This document shows positions 39,159 through 47,654 of a stretch of 64,000 nt of DNA, piece after piece. The stretch comes from an uncultured Clostridium sp. (GTDB taxonomy: Bacteria > Bacillota > Clostridia > TANB77 > CAG-508): the NCBI GenBank assembly GCA_948467875.1, contig CAOKFZ010000002.1:144462-208461 (forward strand). Reading direction: 5' to 3'. Each line of letters opens with the position of its first letter. Positions within the stretch are counted from its first letter, which is position 1. Made by a program: the position numbers and the translations under genes. The notes under the pieces were generated by a model, which was not told the DNA's origin, did not search any database, and was given only the letters and a program-made list of their open reading frames with translations.

Positions 39159-39723
39159 TTATAGATATTTTTTTATTTTTTCTAACGCTTTTTTGCGTGT
39201 GCTTAGTTCTAATTTTTCTTCAAAACTCAATTCGGCAAGTGTTTTTCCATTTTCTAATTCAAAAATTTCGTCAAACCCAAAACCATTTTCGCCACGAGGT
39301 ATATCAGAAATGCAGCCTGAAAGAATTTCCGTTTCTGCAATGATAGTATCGTTGATGGCAACTGCGATGGCAGTGATGAAATTGACTTTGCGGTCAATTT
39401 TATCAAAATCTTTTAGTTTTTCAATCAAAGCTAAATTACGTTCACGGTCGGTTCCGTTTTAGCCAGCGTTTTGTACGAACGCCGGGAAAATTATTCAGCA
39501 CAGGAACGCAAATTCCAGAATCGTCAGCAAGGCAAATTTCGTTTAAGTTATGATGGTAAAATTTGGCTTTGATAATGGCATTTTCTTCAAAAGTTTCGCC
39601 ATTTTCTTCTGGTTCGATAAAATATTCTAAATCATTTAGAGAAACAATGCGATGTTCTGGAAAAAGTTCTTTAATCATAGCGAGCTTGCCGTCATTATGT
39701 GTGGCAACAACAATTTTTTTCAT
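39159..39723 (-). pseudogene. rdgB: dITP/XTP pyrophosphatase (RdgB/HAM1) split by a frameshift
   Basis: The N-terminal ORF (39442-39723) reads MKKIVVATHNDGKL...ADDSGICVPVLNNFPGV. The C-terminal ORF (39159-39428, frame open from 39458) reads ...GENGFGFDEIF...KTLAEL. Removing one base from the T4 run at 39457-39460 (A4 on the coding strand) joins them as ...RWLNGTDRERNLALIEKL. Confidence 0.85.
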
Positions 39724-39813
39724 TCAGAATACCTCCATTTTTTTAATTATATAAAAAAATGGAATATTTTGCAAGAGTTGTTCAAAAAAATGCAAATTTT
39801 CTTCAAAAAAGGC

Positions 39814-39842
39814 TTGCATTTTCTAAATTTTGGGTATATAAT
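39814..39842 (+). promoter_or_regulatory. Sigma-A-like promoter of the rimP-nusA-infB operon
   Basis: TTGCAT (39814-39819), 17-nt spacer, TATAAT (39837-39842). Confidence 0.6.
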
Positions 39843-39868
39843 AAATATACAATAGATGAAAAACAAGA

Positions 39869-39890
39869 AGAGTGGGAATTTTCCCACTCT
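39869..39890 (+). promoter_or_regulatory. Leader hairpin upstream of rimP
   Basis: agagtggg / cccactct 8-bp perfect stem in the 5' leader, followed by a weak T-tract. Its function is unknown. Confidence 0.3.
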
Positions 39891-39921
39891 TTACTTGTGA
39901 GTAAAAGGGGGAAATTTTGAT

Positions 39922-40386
39922 TTGAGTAATCATAATATTGAGTCTAGAGTGGGAGACTTGCTTGAGCCAATCATTCAGAATTTGGGGTATATTTTGTATG
40001 ATGTTCAATATATAAAAGAAGGAAAGGATTTTTATTTGCGAGTTACCATAGATAAGCCAGAAGGAATTTCAATTGAGGATTGTGAAACGGTAAATGGTGC
40101 TATTAATGAGCCTTTAGATGAAACGGATTGCATCAAAGAAAGCTATTTTTTGGAGGTTTCGTCACCGGAAATTGAGAGAATTTTGCGAAAAGAGTCGCAT
40201 TTTGAGAAACAAATCGGAAATAAAATTCAAATTAAATTATTCAAATCAGTGGAAAAGAAAAAAGAATTAGAAGGAATTTTAAAATCGTTTGATGATGAAT
40301 TTTTGGAACTTGAAATAGAAGGTAAAATCACAAAAATTGAGCGAAATAATGTTGCGTTAGCGAAGACGGTATGTGATGTGTTTTAG
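39922..40386 (+). CDS. rimP: Ribosome maturation factor RimP
   Basis: TTG start after AAAGGGGGAAA. LLEPIIQNLGYILYDVQY...FYLRVTIDKPEGISIEDCE is typical. Confidence 0.9.
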   Translation: MSNHNIESRVGDLLEPIIQNLGYILYDVQYIKEGKDFYLRVTIDKPEGISIEDCETVNGAINEPLDETDCIKESYFLEVSSPEIERILRKESHFEKQIGNKIQIKLFKSVEKKKELEGILKSFDDEFLELEIEGKITKIERNNVALAKTVCDVF

Positions 40387-40404
40387 AAAGGGAAGGTGTG
40401 TAAA

Positions 40405-41502
40405 ATGAAGAATATTGATATGAAAGAATTCATAAAAGCCATGGAAGAGTTGGAAAAAGAAAGGGGAATTAGCAAAGATTACTTGATTGAATCATTGGAA
40501 ACGGCGTTGGTAACGGCTTATAAAAGAGAATTTGATACAGTTGATAATGTGAAAGTTACGATTGATGAAAATACAGGAGAGCTTCATATTTATTCGGTTA
40601 GAGATGTAGTAGAAATTTTGGAGGATCCATTGCTTGAGATAAATTTAGAGGCAGCACGAAAAATTGATCCGAATTATAATGTAGGCGATGTCGTAAATCT
40701 TGAAATTCAGCCAAAAGATTTTGGACGAATTGCGGCTCAAACAGCAAAACAAGTGGTGGTCCAAAAAATTAGAGAAGTCGAAAGAAATATGGTTTTTACA
40801 GAATTCAATGATAAAAAGGGCGAAATTGTGACTGGTTTAATTCAAAAAGCAGATGGTGGCGTAGTGGTTATGGATTTAGGAAAACTAGAAGGCGTGATGC
40901 CACTCAAAGAGCAAATTAGCACAGAACATTACAAGGTAAATGATAAAGTTAGAGGTTATGTGGTAGATGTGGAAAGAGGAGCAAAAGGAAATCCACAAGT
41001 GATTGTGTCAAGAAGTCATCCAGATTTTGTGCGTAAATTATTTGAGTTTGAAATTCCTGAAATTTATGAAGGGTTGATTGAGATAAAAAGCGTTTCCAGA
41101 GATGCTGGTTCGAGAAGTAAAGTGGCTGTGTATTCTAAAAATCTAGATATTGACCCAGTTGGTTCTTGCGTTGGACAAAAGGGGATTCGTATTCAAAATA
41201 TTATTAGTGAATTAAATGGGGAAAAAATTGATGTGATTGAATGGAATGAGGACCCTTCGATTTTTATTGCAGCAGCCCTTCTTCCAGCACAAGTTATGGC
41301 GGTTGATATTAGAGAAGAAGAGAAATTTGCCCAAGTGGTTGTGCCAAATGACCAGCTTTCACTTGCGATTGGTAAAGCAGGACAAAATGCAAGATTAGCA
41401 GCGAAACTAACGAATTGGAAAATTGATATCAAATCTGAAACACAGATGAGAGAGATTTTGATGAACAAAATGGAAGAAACAGGTGATGAAGAAAGTGAAT
41501 AA
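40405..41502 (+). CDS. nusA: Transcription termination/antitermination factor NusA
   Basis: N-terminal domain, then S1 (GEIVTGLIQK...) and KH domains (GSCVGQKGIRIQNI, LAIGKAGQNARLAAKLT). Confidence 0.95.
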   Translation: MKNIDMKEFIKAMEELEKERGISKDYLIESLETALVTAYKREFDTVDNVKVTIDENTGELHIYSVRDVVEILEDPLLEINLEAARKIDPNYNVGDVVNLEIQPKDFGRIAAQTAKQVVVQKIREVERNMVFTEFNDKKGEIVTGLIQKADGGVVVMDLGKLEGVMPLKEQISTEHYKVNDKVRGYVVDVERGAKGNPQVIVSRSHPDFVRKLFEFEIPEIYEGLIEIKSVSRDAGSRSKVAVYSKNLDIDPVGSCVGQKGIRIQNIISELNGEKIDVIEWNEDPSIFIAAALLPAQVMAVDIREEEKFAQVVVPNDQLSLAIGKAGQNARLAAKLTNWKIDIKSETQMREILMNKMEETGDEESE

Positions 41503-41758
41503 AAAGAAACCAGCTAGAACATGCATGGGATGCAACGAAACAAAGGAAAAAAGTGAACTTTTTAGAATTGTTAAATCAAAAGAGGGTATCCTAGAAATAG
41601 ATTTAACTGGAAAAAAAGAAGGTAGAGGCGCATATATATGTAAGAATGAGAAATGTTTGGATAAAGTAATTAAGTCGAAACGTTTGGCGCGTGTGTTAAA
41701 ACAGGAAATTAGTCAGGAGATATATGAGAATTTGAGAGGTGTCATGGTTGATCAATAA
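41486..41758 (+). CDS. ylxR: YlxR/RnpM family (DUF448) RNA-binding protein
   Basis: PARTCMGCNETKEKSELFRIV...GRGAYIC motif. The start is uncertain (GTG 41483, ATG 41486 or GTG 41495). Confidence 0.85.
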   Translation: MKKVNKKKPARTCMGCNETKEKSELFRIVKSKEGILEIDLTGKKEGRGAYICKNEKCLDKVIKSKRLARVLKQEISQEIYENLRGVMVDQ

Positions 41759-42069
41759 AATTTATGGTTTGATGGGACTTTGTGCGAGGAGTCGGAAAAG
41801 TAGTTTCTGGAATGGATGCTGTATGTGATGAACTAAACAGAAATAAAGTGAAATTGTTAATTGTGGCAAAAGATGCGTCACAAAAAACAATCGATCATAT
41901 AAAGTTTTTAGCGCAGAGAAAAAAAGTGCCAGTGATTGAGATTGGAACGATTGCGGATAATAGCAAAGCGATTGGAAAGATTAATCGAGCGGTTATTGGT
42001 GTGAAGGATAAAAATATAACAGAAGGAATTAAGAAGATTTGTGGAGGTGAAGCTTTTGGCGAAAATTAA
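41748..42069 (+). pseudogene. ylxQ: L7Ae-family protein YlxQ with an N-terminal frameshift at an A4 run
   Basis: TTG 41748 (after GAGAGGTG) encodes LINKIYGLMGLCARSRK, then runs into a stop. The listed ORF (41782-42069) continues VVSGMDAV.... Dropping one A of 41796-41799 gives GLCARSRKVVSGMDAV, which matches my memory of the B. subtilis YlxQ pattern LGLANRARKVVSGEDLV. Confidence 0.75.
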
Positions 42070-45025
42070 AGTTTATGAATTGGCGAAAGAATTGGATGTA
42101 GAAAGCAAGAAATTAGTGGAGATTGCGGCTAAACAGGGAATTGTTGTGAAAAGCCATTTAAGTACAATTTCGGAAGAGGATTGTAATATTTTGAGAAAAA
42201 TGGTAAAAGGGGAGAATACGAAAAAGTTGGAAAAAACGAGCAAAGAGAATAAAAAAGAGAAACCAAAAAAGGAAACAGGTGCACCAGTTATTATTAGAAG
42301 AGAAATTATTATTAATGAAGATGAGCAAAAAAATAAGGAATTAGAGAAAAAGAAAAAAGAGGAACAGACACGTAAAAACGATGTTGGGTTTGTGGGGCAA
42401 AATCGAAATAAAGATTATAATATTGTGTATCGAAATAAGCCAACAAAGCCACTAACGATGAATGAACTATTTGGAATTGGTAAAAAAGAGGAAAAAGTGG
42501 AAGAACCAGTAGAGCCACAAATACAGAAAGAGGAAGTTGTAAAAGAAGTGAAAGAACAAGTAGTAGTTGAGTCTGAGGAAAAGAAAATGCCAGAAAATCA
42601 AGCAATAGAAAGAAAAGTGCCAGAGCGTAATTATTCTAATAATAGAAATTCAAATCATAACAATAATTATAATCGTAACCATAATAATTATAACCGAAAT
42701 GGCGACAATCGCAACAATTATAATAATAGAAATAATAATTATAATCGAGGTGGCGATAATCGTAATAATTACAATAACCGAAATGCCAATAATGGAAATT
42801 ATAATAATCGAAACAATAATTTTGGCCGAAATAGCGATAACCGAAATAATTATAATAACAATTACAATAATGGAAATAATAATCCAAGACGTGATAATCG
42901 AAATGGTTTCCAAAAGCGCTCAAATCAAGGAATGGACGACAGACGAATTGATAAGAAAATCAAAAATATTATGGAAATGGACATTCCTGAAAAAGAAAAT
43001 GTCAGAGATTATAACAATAACAATAATAAAAATCGAGACAGAATGAAGCAAAACCAAAAAATGAATGACCAAAGGCAGCCAAGAAAAGGTCGCAAGAACG
43101 AAGAAAGCGATTTCAATTCAGGTAAGTTGAACAACTTGAAAAAACAAAGCGGACTTTCCAATATGTTTGATGCAGGTGAAATGCTGGATTACTATGATTT
43201 GAGCACAGAAAGAGGAAAACGTGGCAAAAGGAAAAATGGAAAACAAGAAAATCGCAATAAGCAAAAAATCTTTAAATTAACAGAAATTACCATTCCAGAA
43301 AATATTACAGTAAAAGATTTGGCGATTGAGATGAAAATCACAAGTAGTGAAGTTATCAAAAAATTGCTTGGCTTAGGTGTTATGGCAACGATTAATGACC
43401 ATATCGACTTTGATACTGCTTATTTGATTGCAGAAGAGTTTGGCATTAATGCAGTTAAGAAAAATGTTGTAACAGATGAAGATATTTTGATTGATGAAAC
43501 AGAAGATGCACTAGAAGATTTGAAGCCACGTCCACCAGTTATTGTTGTGATGGGGCATGTTGACCATGGAAAAACATCGCTTTTAGACGCTATCCGTAAA
43601 ACCAATGTGATTGAAGGCGAGTCAGGTGGAATTACGCAACATATTGGTGCTTATCAAGTTGAGATAAATGGTAGACAAATCACTTTCTTGGATACGCCAG
43701 GACATGAAGCGTTTACATCAATGCGTGCGAGAGGTGCCATGATTACAGATATTGCGATTTTGGTGGTGGCTGCCAATGATGGTGTGATGCCACAAACCAT
43801 TGAAGCAATTAATCATGCCAAAGCAGCTGAAATTCCAATTATTGTGGCTGTCAATAAAATTGATTTGCCAGATGCCAATATTGACAAAGTAAAGCAAGAA
43901 TTGATGCAATATGAATTAGTTTCAGAAGAATGGGGCGGAGATACAATTTTTGTTCCGATTTCTGCAAAACAAAATATCGGAATTGACAATTTGCTAGAAA
44001 TGGTATTGCTAGAAGCAGATGTATTGGAATTGAAGGCAAATCCAAATAAACAAGCCAAAGGAACCATTATTGAAGCAAAATTGGATAAAGCGCGTGGACC
44101 AGTTGCGACAATGCTTGTACAAAGAGGTCAGTTGGATGTGGGAGATACCATTATTGTTGGCTCAAGCATTGGTAGAATTCGTACCATGAAAAATGCCAAA
44201 GGCAAAAGTGTTAAATTTGCGGGACCTTCTACACCAGTGGAAATCACAGGTTTGCATTCCGTTCCGGAGACAGGAGACACGTTCTATGAAGTAAAAGACG
44301 AGAAAACAGCAAAACATTTGATTGAAAAGAGAAAATACGAAGAAAGACAAAAATCAATTGCCAATAAAGCAGTAGTTACTTTGGATGATTTGTTTAACAA
44401 GATTGAAAGTGAGAACTTGAAGCAGTTGAACTTGATCGTAAAAGCAGACGTGCAAGGTTCTGTGGAGGCTTTGAAGCAATCTTTGGAAAAATTGTCAAAT
44501 GAAGAGGTCAAAGTCAAAGTTATTCACTCAAGTGTTGGTGGCGTGACCGAAACGGATGTAACATTAGCACAAGTTTCGAATGCGATTATTATTGCCTTTA
44601 ATGTGCGTCCAGAGCCAATTGCTAAAAGCATTGCTGATAAAGAAGAAGTCGAAATTAAGACATATTCTGTCATTTATGATGCGATTAATGATGTGGAAGC
44701 TGCGATGAAAGGATTGCTAGATCCAATTTACAGAGAAGTTGTGATTGGAAATGCAGAAATCAGACAAATTTTCAAAGTGTCAAGTGTGGGAACTATTGCA
44801 GGATGTTATGTGCTTTCTGGAAAAGTAAGCAGAAATGCTGGTATTCGAGTAATTCGCAATAACATTGTTATTCATGATGGAAAGTTAATTTCTTTGAAAC
44901 GTTTTAAAGATGATGTCAAAGAAGTTGACAAAGGTTATGAATGTGGTTTGCAAATTGAAAACTATAATGATTTGCTAGAAGGAGATCAATTAGAAGTTTA
45001 CGTAATGGAAGAGGTAAAACGTTAA
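42056..45025 (+). CDS. infB: Translation initiation factor IF-2
   Basis: A probable TTG start at 42056 after GGAGGTGA gives (M)[12 protein letters not shown]. The G-domain has [20 protein letters not shown] and NKID, and the C-terminal domains are canonical. Confidence 0.95.
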   Translation: MAKIKVYELAKELDVESKKLVEIAAKQGIVVKSHLSTISEEDCNILRKMVKGENTKKLEKTSKENKKEKPKKETGAPVIIRREIIINEDEQKNKELEKKKKEEQTRKNDVGFVGQNRNKDYNIVYRNKPTKPLTMNELFGIGKKEEKVEEPVEPQIQKEEVVKEVKEQVVVESEEKKMPENQAIERKVPERNYSNNRNSNHNNNYNRNHNNYNRNGDNRNNYNNRNNNYNRGGDNRNNYNNRNANNGNYNNRNNNFGRNSDNRNNYNNNYNNGNNNPRRDNRNGFQKRSNQGMDDRRIDKKIKNIMEMDIPEKENVRDYNNNNNKNRDRMKQNQKMNDQRQPRKGRKNEESDFNSGKLNNLKKQSGLSNMFDAGEMLDYYDLSTERGKRGKRKNGKQENRNKQKIFKLTEITIPENITVKDLAIEMKITSSEVIKKLLGLGVMATINDHIDFDTAYLIAEEFGINAVKKNVVTDEDILIDETEDALEDLKPRPPVIVVMGHVDHGKTSLLDAIRKTNVIEGESGGITQHIGAYQVEINGRQITFLDTPGHEAFTSMRARGAMITDIAILVVAANDGVMPQTIEAINHAKAAEIPIIVAVNKIDLPDANIDKVKQELMQYELVSEEWGGDTIFVPISAKQNIGIDNLLEMVLLEADVLELKANPNKQAKGTIIEAKLDKARGPVATMLVQRGQLDVGDTIIVGSSIGRIRTMKNAKGKSVKFAGPSTPVEITGLHSVPETGDTFYEVKDEKTAKHLIEKRKYEERQKSIANKAVVTLDDLFNKIESENLKQLNLIVKADVQGSVEALKQSLEKLSNEEVKVKVIHSSVGGVTETDVTLAQVSNAIIIAFNVRPEPIAKSIADKEEVEIKTYSVIYDAINDVEAAMKGLLDPIYREVVIGNAEIRQIFKVSSVGTIAGCYVLSGKVSRNAGIRVIRNNIVIHDGKLISLKRFKDDVKEVDKGYECGLQIENYNDLLEGDQLEVYVMEEVKR
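42629..42904 (+). repeat. Asn/Arg/Tyr-rich low-complexity tract with degenerate tandem repeats inside infB
   Basis: It encodes [92 protein letters not shown]. The (G/S)DNRNNYNN unit recurs at the DNA level. Confidence 0.9.
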
Positions 45026-45028
45026 AAT

Positions 45029-45056
45029 GTAGGGGCACGGTGCACTGTGCCTTTAC
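45029..45056 (+). repeat. REP-like GC-rich palindromic element, copy 2 (infB-rbfA spacer)
   Basis: GTAGgGGCACGGtgcaCTGTGCC. The stem can extend to 12 bp (gtaggggcacgg / ctgtgcctttac, including G-T pairs). Confidence 0.8.
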
Positions 45057-45072
45057 AGAAAGGAAAATAAGA

Positions 45073-45447
45073 ATGGCTGGAAATAATAGAATGCAAAAAG
45101 TTAATGAGGAATTAAAGCGTGAAATTGGCACAATTATTACAACAAAAATGAATAACACAAATTTGAAAAAAGGCTTAATTTCAGTTACTTCAGTGGAGAC
45201 TAGTTCAGATTTGAAATACGCTAGGGTGTATGTTAGTATGATCAATGTTGGCAATAAAAAAGAAGCTTTGAAGGCACTTAAGAAATCAAGTGGTTTTATT
45301 CGTACAGAAATTGCGAAAAAAGTAAATTTGAAAAATACGCCAGAGCTTGTTTTTGAGTTTGATGAAAGCATTGAATATGGCGATCGCATTGATAATATTT
45401 TAAAAGAAATCATAAAACCAGTACAAGAGAATAAGAATGAAGAATAG
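45073..45447 (+). CDS. rbfA: Ribosome-binding factor A
   Basis: RMQKVNEELKREIGTII...VTSVETSSDLKYARVYVS is typical. ATG at 45073. Confidence 0.9.
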   Translation: MAGNNRMQKVNEELKREIGTIITTKMNNTNLKKGLISVTSVETSSDLKYARVYVSMINVGNKKEALKALKKSSGFIRTEIAKKVNLKNTPELVFEFDESIEYGDRIDNILKEIIKPVQENKNEE

Positions 45448-45460
45448 AAAGGATTGAAAA

Positions 45461-46471
45461 ATGACTTTAGATGAAATTTTGAAAGAGATAAAAAAAGTGC
45501 AAAATATCTGTATTATGGCACATGAGGGACCAGATGGAGATGCGATAGGAAGCAGCTTGGGCTTGTTTCATATTTTTAGTGGAATGGGGAAAAATGTAGA
45601 AGTTTTGATGAAAAAAGTGCCAGAGACTTTTGCATTTTTGCCTGGATTTGAAATGATAAAAGATGTGCCAAGCAGGGAAAAGTTTGATATGGCGATTGTG
45701 GTTGATTGTCCTGACATCAAAAGAGTAAACAGTGATTTGATTCCTTATTTTGAGTCAGCAGAAGTGACAGCTCAGTTTGACCACCACATGAATAATTCGA
45801 TGTTTGCGGATTATAATGTAGTCAATCATGTTACACCTGCGTGTGCCCAAATTTTAGTAGAGAGTTTGGATTATTTGGAAATTGAAATTTCCAAAGATGC
45901 GATGACTTGCTTTTTGACAGGAATTATTACAGATACAGGTGGTTTTAAAAATTCAGGAACTTCAGTGGAAACATTTGAAATTGTTGGTCGCGCTTTGGAA
46001 GCAGGGATTAATTTATCCAAACTTTACAAAAAAAGTTTACTAAATATCACGAGAAGTCGTTTTGAAATTCAAAAAGTGGCAATGGATCGTATGGAGTTTT
46101 TTGCAGATGGCAGAATTAGTTTTACATATATTAATTTGGAAGATGAGAAAAATCTGGAATTAAAAGATGGCGACCATGAAGGAATTGTGGAAATTGGTAG
46201 AAATATCAAAGGAGTAGAGGTTTCTATTTTCTTGCGTGAACAGGAAAAAGATTATAAAATTTCATTACGTTCAAATGATTATGTTAATGTTGCGGAAGTA
46301 TGCATGTTGTTTGGCGGAGGCGGTCATATTAGGGCTGCTGGAGCTAGTACAATGCTGAATTTGGAAGAAGCCAAACGTGCTTTGATTAAGGAAATTGAAA
46401 AAAGATTGAAAGAGGGATTTTCGCGGCTAATGGAGCGCGAACCCTTTTTGTGTAAAAGGAGAATAAAATGA
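45461..46471 (+). CDS. nrnA: DHH/DHHA1 phosphoesterase (NrnA-type oligoribonuclease/pAp phosphatase)
   Basis: HEGPDGDAIGS, DHH (QFDHHMNN) and GGGGH motifs. Confidence 0.85.
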   Translation: MTLDEILKEIKKVQNICIMAHEGPDGDAIGSSLGLFHIFSGMGKNVEVLMKKVPETFAFLPGFEMIKDVPSREKFDMAIVVDCPDIKRVNSDLIPYFESAEVTAQFDHHMNNSMFADYNVVNHVTPACAQILVESLDYLEIEISKDAMTCFLTGIITDTGGFKNSGTSVETFEIVGRALEAGINLSKLYKKSLLNITRSRFEIQKVAMDRMEFFADGRISFTYINLEDEKNLELKDGDHEGIVEIGRNIKGVEVSIFLREQEKDYKISLRSNDYVNVAEVCMLFGGGGHIRAAGASTMLNLEEAKRALIKEIEKRLKEGFSRLMEREPFLCKRRIK

Positions 46472-47142
46472 AAATTTTAGCGTTGGATACAAGTAGCAAA
46501 ATTTGTAGTGTAGCAATTTTGGAAAACGACCAATTGGTGGATGAAATTAATTTAGATAATGGGCACACACATTCTGAGAATTTGATGCCGATTTTGGTAG
46601 AATTACTAGATAAAAATGCTCTAAAATTGGCTGATTTTGACTTGATTTCTTGTTGTACAGGTCCGGGATCGTTTACAGGAATCCGAATTGGGGTGGCAAG
46701 TGCGAAAGCATTGGCAGAGGTCAATCATTTGCCAGTTGCAAGTGTTACGGCGCTTGAGACATTGGCGAGAATAGATACTTCTTCTAAAATCAAAGTGGCT
46801 ATGATTGATGCGAGAAATAACCAAGTTTATAGCGGAATTTTTGATGAAAATTATGAAAAATTAGAAGAATTTATGGCAGACGATATTACTCAAGTAATCG
46901 AAGTTTTGAAAAAGTACCAAAATTCGATTTTTATAGGAGATGGCGCTGTACTACATAAAGATTTTATTTTAGAAAATATGCCAGATGCGCAGTTTCATGA
47001 TTTTAATGAGCAAAGGGCAAGTTTTGGTGGAAAAATTGCGTATCAAAAATATTTGAAAAATGGGTTAGAAACGGCGGATACGACTGTGCCAATGTATCTT
47101 AGAAAGTCACAAGCAGAACGCTTAAAGAAGGAAAACAAATGA
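46468..47142 (+). CDS. tsaB: tRNA t6A biosynthesis protein TsaB
   Basis: MKILALDTSSKICSVAILEN...GPGSFTGIRIGVASAKALA. Confidence 0.9.
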   Translation: MKILALDTSSKICSVAILENDQLVDEINLDNGHTHSENLMPILVELLDKNALKLADFDLISCCTGPGSFTGIRIGVASAKALAEVNHLPVASVTALETLARIDTSSKIKVAMIDARNNQVYSGIFDENYEKLEEFMADDITQVIEVLKKYQNSIFIGDGAVLHKDFILENMPDAQFHDFNEQRASFGGKIAYQKYLKNGLETADTTVPMYLRKSQAERLKKENK

Positions 47143-47579
47143 TGGAAGAGATAAAAATTTTAAAAATGACTTTGGAGGATTTGGCTCAAATTGAGAATTG
47201 TTTGATTTCTGATTTTGATGATTTTTGGAGTGTGGATACGTTAAAAAGTGAATTAATGGGACCCAATAAGGCATATATTGTAGCAAAGCAAGATGAAGAA
47301 ATTATTGGCTTTGCGGGATGTATGAAAAATTTTCCAGAAATTGAAATTATGAATATTGTAGTGAAAAAAAATTGCAGAGGAAAAGGCATTGGAAAAATGC
47401 TTTTGCAAAAAATGATAGAAAATGCAAAAAATGATGGAGCACAAGAAATATTTTTAGAGGTAAATGAGAACAATAAAGTAGCAAGGCAATTGTATCAAAA
47501 TGCCGGTTTTTCGGAAATGGGAAAACGCAAAAATTATTATAGACAGGAAAGTGCAATTGTGATGCTGAAAAAAGTATAA
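47139..47579 (+). CDS. rimI: GNAT acetyltransferase, RimI-like
   Basis: Acetyl-CoA motif NCRGKGIGKMLL. It follows tsaB with overlapping stop and start codons. Confidence 0.8.
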   Translation: MMEEIKILKMTLEDLAQIENCLISDFDDFWSVDTLKSELMGPNKAYIVAKQDEEIIGFAGCMKNFPEIEIMNIVVKKNCRGKGIGKMLLQKMIENAKNDGAQEIFLEVNENNKVARQLYQNAGFSEMGKRKNYYRQESAIVMLKKV

Positions 47580-47654
47580 AATTTGTAAAAAAATGTTGAA
47601 AAAAATTTTGGTTTGATATACAATAATCATAATATTGAAAATGGGGGAGTACAA

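Noticed and set aside
39115-39462. 115-aa plus-strand ORF
   Set aside because: It is antisense to the two halves of rdgB, which carry clear HAM1-family motifs. There is no independent support.
42636-43046. Ile/Tyr-rich ORFs on both strands over the infB repeat tract (42636-42923 -, 42650-42913 -, 42699-43046 +)
   Set aside because: They are by-products of reading AAT/AAC-rich repeats in other frames (ATT = Ile, TAT = Tyr). The IF-2 frame is continuous and conserved on both sides.
44916-45413. 165-aa minus-strand ORF spanning the infB end and rbfA
   Set aside because: It is antisense to two conserved genes and crosses their intergenic spacer. Its composition is a hydrophobic low-complexity artefact.
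46386-46724. 112-aa minus-strand ORF across the nrnA-tsaB junction
   Set aside because: It is antisense to two conserved genes and has no start context.
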